From Spirochaetales bacterium (GTDB lineage Bacteria > Spirochaetota > Spirochaetia > DSM-27196 > SLAA01): a stretch of DNA of 64,000 nt. Positions 25,827 to 38,057 of this stretch are shown in pieces (the stretch's first letter is position 1; each line of letters begins with the position of its first letter). Under the pieces are notes generated by a model that saw only the letters and a program-made list of their open reading frames with translations, did no database searches and was not told the origin of the DNA. The position numbers and the translations under genes are program-made. Where the stretch lies: the NCBI GenBank assembly GCA_007127105.1, contig SLAA01000010.1, positions 11,447 to 75,446 of the forward strand, given 5' to 3'.

Positions 25827-26834
25827 TTACTGGGTGTCGGGGAGCAAGATTTCAACGACTCGGTCAAGGTCATCCATAGAAAGATAGGCAATTTCAATGC
25901 TTCCCTTCTCCAGACTCCCTTTAAGTTTGACCTTGGTGCCAAGAAGCTCTATGAGACGTTGCTCGATATCGGCTAACTCAGCTTCACCTGCCCGAAATCC
26001 AGCCTCTCCGCCTTTTGGCCGAGGACGTCCTTCGGGTCTGGTTCGTGGATCCAGGTCTCTTCCGGTGTCCGAAGCACCTTCTGCGAGGTCTGTTGCTTGC
26101 TCACCGTTCACCGGCGCACCAAATCTAAGCGCTGCAAAGGCTTCTTCCGGCAGCTCACCAGAAGACACTCGGGTTGCCAAGGTCTCGGTCATGCGTACCG
26201 ACAGCCCATGCTGAATAACCAGTTCACCGGCTCGAGTTAGATTTTCATCGTCTTTAATGGCCAGTAGGGCGCGCGCATGCCCAGCGGTAATCTCCTGGGA
26301 AACCAAGGCTTGGCTCACCTGCTCAGGCAAGCGCAACAAACGGAGTACATTCGCAACCGAGGAGCGCTTCATACCAAGCCTTCGCGCCGCTTCTTCCTGG
26401 TTGATCCCTGCCGACTCAATAAGAATCTGAATAGCTTGCGCTTCCTCAAGCGGATTCAGATTGCGACGCTGAATGTTCTCTATGAGCGCTATCTCAAGTC
26501 GTTCCTCGACGGTAAAGCTCCGAACGAGTACCGGCACCTCTGTTATCCCAGCCTCAAGCGAGGCTCGGTAACGGCGTTCACCCGCAACTATGCGGTACCG
26601 CCCCTCCTCAATCTGCTCGACCAGGATCGGCTGTAGAATGCCCTTTGAGCGAATAGAGTCGGCCAGCTCGTGGATAGCCTCGGGGTCAAAGTCTTTGCGG
26701 GGTTGGTCGGGGTTAGGTTCAAGCGAACTAAGAGGAACGTTTATAAGGTCTCGGCTGGTCTCTTCAGGAAGCGCTTCGCTTTCCTGGGCCTGAAGCAGCG
26801 CGTCTATTCCTCGGCCTAACCTTCGCTTAGCCAC
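25827..26834 (-). CDS. parB: Chromosome partitioning protein ParB/Spo0J
   Basis: KRRLGRGIDALL, the ParB box GERRYRA, and an HTH (QEEAARRLGMKRSSVANVLRLL). The likely GTG start at 26834 overlaps the parA stop (GTGGCTAA). The ORF-track ATG at 26894 would overlap parA by 68 nt. Confidence 0.9.
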   Translation of the reverse strand: MAKRRLGRGIDALLQAQESEALPEETSRDLINVPLSSLEPNPDQPRKDFDPEAIHELADSIRSKGILQPILVEQIEEGRYRIVAGERRYRASLEAGITEVPVLVRSFTVEERLEIALIENIQRRNLNPLEEAQAIQILIESAGINQEEAARRLGMKRSSVANVLRLLRLPEQVSQALVSQEITAGHARALLAIKDDENLTRAGELVIQHGLSVRMTETLATRVSSGELPEEAFAALRFGAPVNGEQATDLAEGASDTGRDLDPRTRPEGRPRPKGGEAGFRAGEAELADIEQRLIELLGTKVKLKGSLEKGSIEIAYLSMDDLDRVVEILLPDTQ

Positions 26835-27582
26835 GCGCCAACACCTCTTCGGCAAGCTTTTGGTAGGCCTTGGCTCCCGCGCAGTCTGCATCATAACGGC
26901 AAACCGGTACTCCGTGTGACGGCGCTTCGGATAGACGAACGTTTCGTGGAATCACGGTGCGGAACACCCGTTCCTTGAAATACCCAACCACCTCTTGCAC
27001 AACATCTTGTGACAAACGATTGCGAGAATCATACATCGTGAACACAATACCCTGAACACTCAAGTTAGGGTTAAGTGTCCGTTTGACTTGACGAATACTT
27101 GAGAGCAGTTGCGTAAGACCTTCCATTGCAAAGTACTCACACTGCAAAGGGATAATTACGTTGTCGGCCGCCACAAGCCCGTTCAAAGTCAGAATTCCCA
27201 ATGAGGGCGGGCAGTCGGTGAAGATATAGTCGTACTCATTTCGCAGCGGTTCGAGTCCTTCCTTGAGAAAGAACTCACGCCGTTCCTCCGAGACCAACTC
27301 AACGCCCGCCCCGGTAAGATTAATGCTAGATGCAATGATATCAAGGTTTGGTAGCATGGTCGTCTGCACCGCCTCACGGGCACTAGCGGTACCGGTAATA
27401 ACCTCGTAGATTCCCTTGCCGTCAATAGCCGCGCTCACCGTACTCGAAAGGTTACACTGTGCATCGAAATCCACTAGCAAGACCTTCTTTCCAGCAAGGC
27501 TCAAATACGCCCCGAGGTTGACTGCGGTGGTGGTTTTTCCAACCCCGCCTTTCTGATTTGCAAATACAGTGATTAGTCCCAT
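26827..27582 (-). CDS. parA: Chromosome partitioning ATPase ParA/Soj
   Basis: 251 aa. Has the deviant Walker A NQKGGVGKTTT. Confidence 0.95.
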   Translation of the reverse strand: MGLITVFANQKGGVGKTTTAVNLGAYLSLAGKKVLLVDFDAQCNLSSTVSAAIDGKGIYEVITGTASAREAVQTTMLPNLDIIASSINLTGAGVELVSEERREFFLKEGLEPLRNEYDYIFTDCPPSLGILTLNGLVAADNVIIPLQCEYFAMEGLTQLLSSIRQVKRTLNPNLSVQGIVFTMYDSRNRLSQDVVQEVVGYFKERVFRTVIPRNVRLSEAPSHGVPVCRYDADCAGAKAYQKLAEEVLARG

Positions 27583-27621
27583 AGTAATGTGGCCGGATTA
27601 TACACGATACATGACGCTCTG

Positions 27622-28887
27622 TCAGTCCGAATCGTCTCTGGTGTGCAGGTGCGCCTCAATAAAGCTCTTTCGGGCTCGCTCTCGAATCCCAATTGCCAAT
27701 GCAAGCATAGACACGAGAATACCCTCCGGCGTGCGTGGTGGTCGCGGAGAGAGAGGAAATGTCGAGTTCAGAATGATGTCTTTCTCGGTGTCGCTGAAGG
27801 GTTCCCACCGAGACCACTGCTCACGAAAGAAGGACTGGGTAAAGATCTCCCAGTTTTTTCGGGTCTGTCGTACAGGATCAGGGCTGGGGAGTCGAAGCAG
27901 CGCACCACGAAAGGACGCTTCTGCATCGAGGCCAAGAGATCTCGACAGCCGAAATGCGGCGCGGGCCACGCGCTCGTTGTGCTCACGCAGGTTTGTGGTG
28001 CCAAAGGATTCCTCTTGAAGGTGCTCGTACTCGGGTACAGACACAATTGGATTCTTAAGCTGCTCCAGCCGAGCCTGCTCCGCTTCCGGAAGCTCTCCAA
28101 GCACAACCGCAAATGACCCCGATGCCTCCGTTTCATCAGGCGTCTCGCCCATGACATGCTGTACCAAAGCCCTAAGCTCACGCCTCTCTGCAAACGATGA
28201 GATCAAGTGCTCAGGGCCGGTCGCCAACAGCTTTTGCAGCGGATCATGAAGCGCGCCCGCATATTTGTGGAAGACTTCACCACTCAAGGACCGCAAACGG
28301 TCCAGCTCAAGCTCGGCCCTGCCCCGCAACTCATCCACGCGTTGTTGCAAAGCGCGGAGGGCACGGCTCGAGATTGCTACATCAAAGAGCAGGTAAAATA
28401 GCAAGCCCAAAGCTAAGGCCTGAGTAGTTGCAGGAGGAAGCCTCGTGAAGAACTCATTCAGGTGTGGTTTAATGCCGTGAATAACCACCAGGGTAAGCAG
28501 CAACCAGTACAGCGAGTAGCGAAGTGCGATACGCCCGTGAAGGTTAAAGCGATAACTGGAGTAGTCCCACAATCGCAGTCCAAATACACGCTCCATAACC
28601 CAACCGGCAAGATACTCAAGCAGCGTCACTAGCACCGTCAGCAGCAGGACTGCCACAACGTAGGACAAAGGTTGCAGCGGAATGTAGAGGACATGAATGA
28701 TAAGACCTCCAAAGCCGAACACCGGAATAAAGGGGCCGTACAGAAACCCTGAGTTAATCAGTCGATGATTCTTGAAACTCCGAAAGGTCGACTCGATGAT
28801 CCAGCCTAGAAAGGCGTAGAACATGAAAAAGAGAAAGAGTTGCACGAAGAGGTCCATCAAATCCATTCCTTTGTCAGATAGCGCCAA
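27622..28887 (-). CDS. Membrane protein (DUF1113/'ABC-transporter type IV'-like N-terminus) with a degenerate HD-like C-terminal domain
   Basis: 421 aa; an alternative ATG is at 28866. The N-terminus has 5 TM segments (FYAFLGWIIESTF...). The C-terminus has the HD-domain helix pattern (HNERVARAAFRLSRSLGLD...), but the HD dyad position reads RL. It lies directly upstream of parA on the same strand. Confidence 0.45.
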   Translation of the reverse strand: MALSDKGMDLMDLFVQLFLFFMFYAFLGWIIESTFRSFKNHRLINSGFLYGPFIPVFGFGGLIIHVLYIPLQPLSYVVAVLLLTVLVTLLEYLAGWVMERVFGLRLWDYSSYRFNLHGRIALRYSLYWLLLTLVVIHGIKPHLNEFFTRLPPATTQALALGLLFYLLFDVAISSRALRALQQRVDELRGRAELELDRLRSLSGEVFHKYAGALHDPLQKLLATGPEHLISSFAERRELRALVQHVMGETPDETEASGSFAVVLGELPEAEQARLEQLKNPIVSVPEYEHLQEESFGTTNLREHNERVARAAFRLSRSLGLDAEASFRGALLRLPSPDPVRQTRKNWEIFTQSFFREQWSRWEPFSDTEKDIILNSTFPLSPRPPRTPEGILVSMLALAIGIRERARKSFIEAHLHTRDDSD

Positions 28888-28972
28888 AACTCATATTTAT
28901 ACCTAGATTGACTCAATATTGTATATTCATTACAAAGATGAGCACGATTTTTCTCACAAACGGAGGTAGTTC

Positions 28973-29737
28973 ATGAAGAAGTTAATCACAGCAGCAATAC
29001 TTGTCACGGTGGCGCTCAGTATGGTGTTGCTTGCATGCAGCCAGGCCGAGGAAGCGGACGGAGTACCACGCATTGTCATTGGTACCGATGCAACCTGGCC
29101 TCCAATGGAGTTTATTGATCAGTCGACTCGGGAGATCATTGGGTTCGATATCGACCTAATGAAAGCAGCGGCTGAAGCAGGTGGCTTTGAGGTTGAGTTT
29201 CGTAACACCGGTTGGGACGGCATATTCGCTGGACTCGCTACTCGTGAATACGACGCGGTCATGAGCTCGGTAACCATCACCGAGGAGCGAATGGAGACAA
29301 TGGACTTCTCAATCCCTTACATCAATGCAGGGCAGATTCTGGTGGTTCCGGTAGCTACTGAGGGCGTAAGCTCCCTTGCCGACCTATCTGGCAGGCAGGT
29401 AGGTGTGCAGATTGGAACAACCGGTCAATTCGCCGTTCAGGACTATCCAGAAATCAACGTTGCTACCTATGACGAGATTGGTCTGGCGTTTGAAGATCTT
29501 GCAGTAGGTCGACTTGACGCAGTTGTAGCGGACACCCCGGTCGCCGCGAACTACGCTCTGCAAAACGAAAACTACTCGCAGTCGCTTAAGATTGTCGGCG
29601 AACCCTTCACTGAAGAGTTCTACGGTGTTGCGGTGCGTAAGGGTAACACCGAGGTTCTTGAGTTGATTAACCGGGGCCTCGAGGCTGTATTGGCTGCCGG
29701 AGTTGACGAGGAGCTTGCTGAAAAGTGGCTGAGGTAA
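28973..29737 (+). CDS. Polar amino-acid ABC transporter substrate-binding lipoprotein
   Basis: 254 aa. Has a lipobox (LLAC) and type-3 SBP motifs (GTDATWPPMEF, GFDIDL, DAVMSSVTIT.ER). Confidence 0.85.
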   Translation: MKKLITAAILVTVALSMVLLACSQAEEADGVPRIVIGTDATWPPMEFIDQSTREIIGFDIDLMKAAAEAGGFEVEFRNTGWDGIFAGLATREYDAVMSSVTITEERMETMDFSIPYINAGQILVVPVATEGVSSLADLSGRQVGVQIGTTGQFAVQDYPEINVATYDEIGLAFEDLAVGRLDAVVADTPVAANYALQNENYSQSLKIVGEPFTEEFYGVAVRKGNTEVLELINRGLEAVLAAGVDEELAEKWLR

Positions 29738-30528
29738 ACAATCGCGACGAGGCCAACCGCCGAATCACGGTTAATGTGAGCGATGGGGCATTGATCCCCG
29801 ATCGAGGAGAGACGTCACTGTTTTCTGCGTGGCGCATCTCCTTTTTCGGGGCTATTGCCCTCTTGATTATTCTACCGACGGTACGGCCACGGCCGTACCT
29901 CGACATCATGCGCTTCTTGCCGGACGGCATCCTCGCAACATTTCAGGTAACCATCATCTCTATTGTCATTGCACTCGCAATTGGACTGATCACCGGCCTC
30001 GGACGGATTTCGCGCATCACGGTAATCAATCGCATTGCGACAATATATGTTGAGGTTATCCGCGGAATTCCACTGCTGGTGCAGTTATTCTATATCTACT
30101 TTGCCCTTGGACAACTCGTCCGAGTCCCTCGTCTCGCCTCGGCAATCATTGCCATGTCGGTATGTTACGGGGCCTATATGGGAGAGATTTTCCGGGCGGG
30201 ATTGCAGGCAATTCCGAAGGGTCAAATGGAAGCCGCGCTTGCCTTAGGCATGAGTCGAGGTCAGGCGCTACGAAAGGTTATTCTTCCTCAGACCTTCAGA
30301 GTCATTCTACCGCCGGTTGGCAATGAGTTTATCGCGCTCCTGAAAGACTCATCCTTGGTTTCGATCATCGCAGTGTCGGATCTCCTCCGGCGCGGACGAG
30401 AATTTGCCTCGGTCAGCTTTCAGTACTTTGAAACCTACACAGTGGTTGCACTCGTGTACTTAGTTATTACGCTCTTCTTGTCGAAGATCGTCTCGTTAAT
30501 TGAAGATTGGGCGGAGCGCCGTGGATAG
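29725..30528 (+). CDS. Polar amino-acid ABC transporter permease (HisMQ/GlnP family)
   Basis: 267 aa. EAA-loop region ([24 protein letters not shown]). The GTG start overlaps the SBP stop. The N-terminal 60 aa are uncertain. Confidence 0.85.
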   Translation: MAEVNNRDEANRRITVNVSDGALIPDRGETSLFSAWRISFFGAIALLIILPTVRPRPYLDIMRFLPDGILATFQVTIISIVIALAIGLITGLGRISRITVINRIATIYVEVIRGIPLLVQLFYIYFALGQLVRVPRLASAIIAMSVCYGAYMGEIFRAGLQAIPKGQMEAALALGMSRGQALRKVILPQTFRVILPPVGNEFIALLKDSSLVSIIAVSDLLRRGREFASVSFQYFETYTVVALVYLVITLFLSKIVSLIEDWAERRG

Positions 30529-30550
30529 TAGCACAGAAAACACTCAACCT

Positions 30551-31276
30551 ATGCGAATACGAATTCGCAACGCAACCAAGGCTTTTGATACACTTGAAGC
30601 AGTGAAAAACGCAGACCTCGATGTCGCCCCTGGTGAGGTTGTACTCATTATTGGGCCATCCGGTAGTGGCAAGAGCACCCTCCTCCGTTGTGTAAACCGT
30701 TTGGAAACACTCACCGAAGGAGACATCTGGATAGATGAAGACCTCGTAACCGATCAACGCGGAGATATCCGCAAAATACGCGAAGAGGTCGGTATGGTCT
30801 TTCAGAACTTCAATCTTTTCCCGCACTTGACTGCGTTAGAAAACATTATGCTGGCGCCACGTACGGTAAAGGGAGTTACAAAGACCGCGAGTCGCGAGAA
30901 TGCCCTTCGCCTGCTCGCTCGGGTTGGACTTCAGGACAAGGCGACAACCTATCCGGCGAAACTCTCGGGTGGACAGCAGCAGAGGGTGGCAATAGCGCGC
31001 GCCTTGGCAATGAATCCTAAGGTTATGCTTTTTGACGAACCTACATCGGCACTGGATCCGGAAATGATCAAGGAAGTACTGGACGTCATGCTTGATCTTG
31101 CCCGGGAGGGAATGACCATGCTTGTAGTGTCCCATGAAATGGGCTTTGCACGGGCGGCGGCGGATAAAGTAGTGTTTATGGATCAGGGAGAAATCATTGA
31201 GGTCGGTACGCCCTCCGAGGTTTTCGATAACCCGAAAGAGAATCGGACACGACGGTTTCTTGAACATATATTGTGA
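30551..31276 (+). CDS. Polar amino-acid ABC transporter ATP-binding protein (GlnQ-like)
   Basis: Walker [10 protein letters not shown], signature [15 protein letters not shown], Walker [15 protein letters not shown] at 30551. An alternative GTG at 30521 overlaps the permease stop. Confidence 0.9.
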   Translation: MRIRIRNATKAFDTLEAVKNADLDVAPGEVVLIIGPSGSGKSTLLRCVNRLETLTEGDIWIDEDLVTDQRGDIRKIREEVGMVFQNFNLFPHLTALENIMLAPRTVKGVTKTASRENALRLLARVGLQDKATTYPAKLSGGQQQRVAIARALAMNPKVMLFDEPTSALDPEMIKEVLDVMLDLAREGMTMLVVSHEMGFARAAADKVVFMDQGEIIEVGTPSEVFDNPKENRTRRFLEHIL

Positions 31277-31457
31277 GGTAGGGGTAGATCGTCATGCCTT
31301 CCCATAGGCAACAGCTTAAGGTTTTTTGACTTTAGAAGGTCCTCAAATTGGACGAGAATGAATCGATGAAGTCGAAAAAAAATATCTTATCAAGTTTAGT
31401 TGCAATTTACTCGGAAAACGTTACATTTAACGGTAGCTTAACGAAGGATTCGACTTC

Positions 31458-32543
31458 ATGGAAAGCATGAAAAGAACAACCAGGCAAGGGGAGAACTTGC
31501 TGACACCTGAACTCATCCGAAAGTTTCCAAAAGTGGAGTTGCACCGGCACCTGGAAGGGTCTTTTCCCGTGCGAACGCTCTATGAAATTGCACACAAGAA
31601 CAAGCTCGACATGCCGAGTGATTATGAGGCCTTTAAGGAACAGGTTCAGTTCCCGAAAGACTCGGAACCGGATTTTCTGAAGTTCCTATCCAAGTTCAAG
31701 AATGACTGGTATCGGAGTTTTGACGACGTATACCGCATTGCGTATGACTCGGTAAAAGAGTTTGCAAATGACGGTTTGTACTATATCGAGCTGCGCTTCT
31801 CTCCTGAGCACTTCGCCTTTCATAACAACTTTGACCGCAATGAAATCACGAAACTGGTTATTCAGGCTGGCAACGACGCCGCTGCAGAAATCGACCTTAA
31901 GATTAGGTATCTCATTACCTTCAATCGGAGTAAACAAGACCAGCACGAAATGACCGCCCTCTATGAGGAGATTAAGGCACTCAATCTACCGGATATTGTA
32001 GGAATGGATCTTGCCGGTGATGAGATTAACTTTCCTCCAGAGCTTTTCACCGAGTTCTTTACCAAGGTCAACAGCGACGGTGTGTACAAATCAACCATCC
32101 ATGCTGGCGAGGTGAGTCCGCCTGACCAGATATGGAAGGCTATAGAACTACTGGGCGCATCCCGAATTGGGCATGGTACCTCATGCGTTGAGGACGAAAA
32201 GCTCAAGGCTTACCTCACGGAACACCATATCGTTCTTGAACAATGCATAACTTCAAACTATCAAACCGGCTCCTGGGTAGATGAAAAGAACCATCCGCTC
32301 GGACGCCTCTATCAAGAAGGGGTTCCGGTTTCCATCAACTCCGACGACCCTTTTATTCAGGACACCGATCTAACCGACGACTATGTAAAGACGGTGCATT
32401 ACTTCGGTCTCACAATGGACGATCTAGTCGAACTGAACATGATTGCTTTGCGCGGAGTGTTTCTTTCGGATTCGGAAAAGCAAAGCCTCATTAGCGAGTA
32501 TTCGGCTCGAGTTTCGTCGTTTCGCGAGAAATACAGCGTTTAG
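31458..32543 (+). CDS. add: Adenosine deaminase
   Basis: 361 aa. Has KVELHRHLEGS, HAGE and SINSDDP. Confidence 0.9.
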   Translation: MESMKRTTRQGENLLTPELIRKFPKVELHRHLEGSFPVRTLYEIAHKNKLDMPSDYEAFKEQVQFPKDSEPDFLKFLSKFKNDWYRSFDDVYRIAYDSVKEFANDGLYYIELRFSPEHFAFHNNFDRNEITKLVIQAGNDAAAEIDLKIRYLITFNRSKQDQHEMTALYEEIKALNLPDIVGMDLAGDEINFPPELFTEFFTKVNSDGVYKSTIHAGEVSPPDQIWKAIELLGASRIGHGTSCVEDEKLKAYLTEHHIVLEQCITSNYQTGSWVDEKNHPLGRLYQEGVPVSINSDDPFIQDTDLTDDYVKTVHYFGLTMDDLVELNMIALRGVFLSDSEKQSLISEYSARVSSFREKYSV

Positions 32544-32547
32544 GGCT

Positions 32548-33183
32548 TCACTCGGGAGAGCCTTTCAACCTATCCAGTTCAATTGTTCCACGTGAAACAT
32601 CTCGAATAGCGGCTCCAACATCCGGCATAAGTTCGGTTCTCATGTTGAGTTCCAGACTAACCACTGATCCAAAACTCTCCGAAACAATTCGAACATCTTG
32701 GAATGCATAGTCATCACACAGGCGTCGGATAGATTGATGAAGCTCGTAAGGGCAGTCCAGCAACAATGTTGTACGCGCCTCCAGGACTTCGACACTGAGT
32801 TGCTCCAACACACCTTGGGCTGCTGTGGTGTATGCGCGTACTAATCCGCCGGTGCCCAGTTTTGTTCCGCCGAAGTATCTAACTATGGACAGAAGAACAT
32901 TGGTGACAGAACTCCCCTTCAGAACCTCAAGCACCGGTCTTCCGGCAGTACCTTTCGGCTCGCCGTCATCGCTCATTCCAAAATCGTCGCGGCTAAGCCC
33001 TCCAACTCGAAAGGCATAGACCACATGAGCGGCATGAGGATTCTGATGACGTATACTCTGAAGAACGACTTTCACCTCTGCTGAGGTCTCAACAGGATCA
33101 GCGGTCGCTATGAACCGCGACTTACGATCAAGGTACTCAAACTGTGCAGATGAAGTTGGCTGGAAAAGGTGGGGGTTGCTCAT
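32548..33183 (-). CDS. yigZ: IMPACT/YigZ-family protein
   Basis: 211 aa. Colinear with E. coli YigZ: KSRFIA, SDDGEPKGTAGRP, VVRYFGGTKLGTGGLVRAY. Confidence 0.8.
   Translation of the reverse strand: MSNPHLFQPTSSAQFEYLDRKSRFIATADPVETSAEVKVVLQSIRHQNPHAAHVVYAFRVGGLSRDDFGMSDDGEPKGTAGRPVLEVLKGSSVTNVLLSIVRYFGGTKLGTGGLVRAYTTAAQGVLEQLSVEVLEARTTLLLDCPYELHQSIRRLCDDYAFQDVRIVSESFGSVVSLELNMRTELMPDVGAAIRDVSRGTIELDRLKGSPE
32584..32599. promoter_or_regulatory. parS centromere site (consensus)
   Basis: TGTTCCACGTGAAACA matches the tGTTNCACGTGAAACa consensus exactly. It lies inside the 3' end of yigZ. Confidence 0.8.
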
Positions 33184-33185
33184 AA

Positions 33186-33201
33186 TGTTCCACGTGGAAC
33201 A
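33186..33201. promoter_or_regulatory. parS centromere site (perfect palindrome variant)
   Basis: TGTTCCACGTGGAACA has one deviation from consensus, which makes it a perfect 16-bp palindrome. It begins 3 nt upstream of the yigZ start codon. Confidence 0.75.
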
Positions 33202-33279
33202 TCGGCGCCGGGATCAATACCCGGCGCCGAAGGTTGTACGCAAGAGGGGCCGCCCGGCTTATTCAAGCCGAGACGGACC

Positions 33280-35868
33280 CTATTCTTGGTCGGTCTCGTT
33301 ATCAGACTCCTGGTCGGACTCCTGGGCTGGCTGGTCCTCAGACTCGTTTAAGGATTCTTCGTCGAGTTCGTGGTTGTCCGGTATATCTTCGGATTCACCC
33401 GAGGCCTCAATCACGGTTACTTCTTCGTCGGTGTCGTCTTTTCCGTTTCGCGCCACACCAATCACAAAATCTGGCCGTTCTATATTTACGACCCGCACTC
33501 CGCTCGCCGCACGCGACTGCTGCGAAATATCCTTGATCTGGATCTTAAGAGTACTACCCTGAGAGGTGACCACAATAATATCGTCCTCGTCCGAAACAGA
33601 TAGTAACGAAACGACCTCGCCGGTGCGCTCAGATACATTGTAGGCCTTCTGACCTTTGGTTCCTCGGCCGTGCGGTGTAAACTCACTGTAAGGAGTGCGT
33701 TTACCGTATCCACCTGCCGTAAGTAAAAACATATTCTGGTCCTCGGATACAACGACTACCCCGGCCAGCTCGTCTCCCTTTCCAAGGCGAATACCGGTCA
33801 CCCCGCGAGATGCTCGTCCCATGCCTCGAACACTTTCTTCAAGCATGCGTAGACCCTGACCATGACCAGTGACGAGAAACAGCTCATCTGATCCACTGGT
33901 AAGCAAGGCTGCTACTACCCGATCGCCCTCATCCAGACGAATTGCGACAACCCCTCGGGTACGAGCGTTAGAGAAGTCCGCCACCTTCACTTTCTTCACC
34001 ACACCACTGATAGTCGCGAGGAAGATGTAGTTCTCTATCTTAAAGTTAGGCAAGGACACTACCGCTGCAATTTCTTCGTTGGCGGAAATCTGGAGAATTG
34101 CTTTCAGGTGAGTACCGCGTGCAACGCGAGACGCCTCGGGAATCTCGTGTACCTTAAGCCAATATGCCTTACCCTCGCTAGTGACGAACAAAATGAAGTC
34201 ATGAGTAGAGCCCACAAATACATGCTGTACAAAGTCCTCGTCCTTGAGCGATGCAGAGGAACTACCCTTTCCACCACGCCCTTGCAGCCGGTACGATGAG
34301 ATAGGAACTCGTTTAATGTATCCACGGTGTGAAATCACCACGACCATGTCTTCTTTCTGGATCAAGTCCTCAATATCTATGCTTTCAATTTCATCTGGAA
34401 CAATCTCTGTGCGTCGGTCATCTCCAAACTGGGCTGCGATCTCGCGGGTCTCGTCCTTAACGATATCAAGTACCTTCTGCTCGCTCGCAAGAATGCTTTT
34501 GAGTTCTTTGATAAGCGCTCGAATCTGTTCGAGTTCGTCTATGATCTTCTGAGTTTCCAGACTGGTAAGCTTTTGCAAACGCATATCGAGAATCGCCTGC
34601 GCCTGCAGCAGAGAGAGCTCAAAGCGCTCCATAAGGCGAGTGCGCGCCGTTTCGACGTCACTCGACTCCTTAATGGTGCGGATAACTTCATCGATATTAT
34701 CAAGCGCTATCTTGAGACCTATGAGAATGTGTTCGCGTTCCTCAGCCTTGCGTAGATCAAACTTGGTGCGTCGAACCACAACTTCTTTTCGATGCTTTAC
34801 GAAGTACTCAATGGTGGACTTGATGGTAAGCGTTTCTGGTCTACCGCCAGCAAGCGCAACGGCATTCACATTGAAGTTGGTTTGCAGCTGCGTATGGGTA
34901 AAGAGTTGATTGAGGATAATCTTGGGGCTTACCCCCTTCTTCAGCTCAATTACAATCCGCATTCCGTCCCGATCGGACTCATCGCGCAGGTCGGAGATTC
35001 CATCAATTTTGCGGTCCCGAACAAGATCGGCTATCCGGGTAATAAGGGTTGCCTTGTTTACTTGATACGGGATTTCATGAACAAGGATTACATCCTTGCC
35101 GCTCTTGGTGCTTTCAATGGTAAACCGAGCCCGCACCGTAATCCGACCACGGCCGGTCTTATAGGCCTCACGAATGCCACTACGGCCGTAAATGATCCCA
35201 CCTGTTGGAAAGTCGGGGCCTTGTATGTACTGGAGCAGTTCATCCAGCGCGATATGAGGTTTGTCTATGAGAGCGCAGATTGCCTCACTCACCTCTCGCA
35301 AATTATGTGGAGGAATATTCGTCGCCATACCAACCGCGATACCGGATGCCCCATTTGCAAGCAGGTAGGGAAATGCCCCTGGCAACACGAGCGGCTCATC
35401 AATGCTGTCGTCGTAGTTCGGGCCGAAGTCGACGGTTTCCTTCTTGATGTCACGCAGCATCTCTTCTGCCACGCGTTGCAGTTTGGCCTCGGTGTATCGC
35501 ATAGCAGCCGGAGGGTCACCGTCAACCGAGCCGTAGTTACCTTGTCCATTGACCATGAGGTAACGCATGGAAAAGTCTTGCGCCAAACGTACCAAAGAAT
35601 CGTAGATCGACTGATCCCCGTGGGGGTGGAACTTACCTAAGACATCGCCGACAATACGTCCGCTCTTCTTGAACGACTTGTCAGACCGAAGCCCCATCTC
35701 GTTCATGGAATAGAGAATACGCCGATGCACAGGTTTGAGTCCGTCACGTACGTCCGGCAAGGCACGACTGACAATTACCGACATGGCGTAGTTGAGATAA
35801 CTTTCCTTGACCTCATCTTCAATCGAGACCGGGATTACTCGACCACGCAGTTTTTCTTGATCCGACAC
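33280..35868 (-). CDS. gyrA: DNA gyrase subunit A
   Basis: 862 aa. Has the active-site region AAMRYTE, the QRDR-like [10 protein letters not shown], the GyrA-box region, C-terminal beta-pinwheel repeats and an acidic D/E/S tail. Confidence 0.97.
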   Translation of the reverse strand: MSDQEKLRGRVIPVSIEDEVKESYLNYAMSVIVSRALPDVRDGLKPVHRRILYSMNEMGLRSDKSFKKSGRIVGDVLGKFHPHGDQSIYDSLVRLAQDFSMRYLMVNGQGNYGSVDGDPPAAMRYTEAKLQRVAEEMLRDIKKETVDFGPNYDDSIDEPLVLPGAFPYLLANGASGIAVGMATNIPPHNLREVSEAICALIDKPHIALDELLQYIQGPDFPTGGIIYGRSGIREAYKTGRGRITVRARFTIESTKSGKDVILVHEIPYQVNKATLITRIADLVRDRKIDGISDLRDESDRDGMRIVIELKKGVSPKIILNQLFTHTQLQTNFNVNAVALAGGRPETLTIKSTIEYFVKHRKEVVVRRTKFDLRKAEEREHILIGLKIALDNIDEVIRTIKESSDVETARTRLMERFELSLLQAQAILDMRLQKLTSLETQKIIDELEQIRALIKELKSILASEQKVLDIVKDETREIAAQFGDDRRTEIVPDEIESIDIEDLIQKEDMVVVISHRGYIKRVPISSYRLQGRGGKGSSSASLKDEDFVQHVFVGSTHDFILFVTSEGKAYWLKVHEIPEASRVARGTHLKAILQISANEEIAAVVSLPNFKIENYIFLATISGVVKKVKVADFSNARTRGVVAIRLDEGDRVVAALLTSGSDELFLVTGHGQGLRMLEESVRGMGRASRGVTGIRLGKGDELAGVVVVSEDQNMFLLTAGGYGKRTPYSEFTPHGRGTKGQKAYNVSERTGEVVSLLSVSDEDDIIVVTSQGSTLKIQIKDISQQSRAASGVRVVNIERPDFVIGVARNGKDDTDEEVTVIEASGESEDIPDNHELDEESLNESEDQPAQESDQESDNETDQE

Positions 35869-35901
35869 GATTTGGTTCCTTTCCGTTAGACGTCGAGAGT
35901 T

Positions 35902-37998
<2,097 letters not shown>

Positions 37999-38057
37999 TT
38001 ATGGTATTCTTGGCTCTTGTCGATAAGGCGTAGAAACATACATATAGGGAGCCATGA

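Noticed and set aside
33280-33440. Short nucleotide repeats (gactcctggtcg / gactcctgggctg) at the 3' end of gyrA.
   Set aside because: They encode the acidic D/E/S/Q-rich C-terminal tail of GyrA (…[18 protein letters not shown]). This is low-complexity coding sequence, not a repeat element or array.
34792-35640. 282-aa plus-strand ORF.
   Set aside because: It is antisense to the most conserved part of gyrA, has no recognisable motif, and has no RBS context. It is a shadow ORF.
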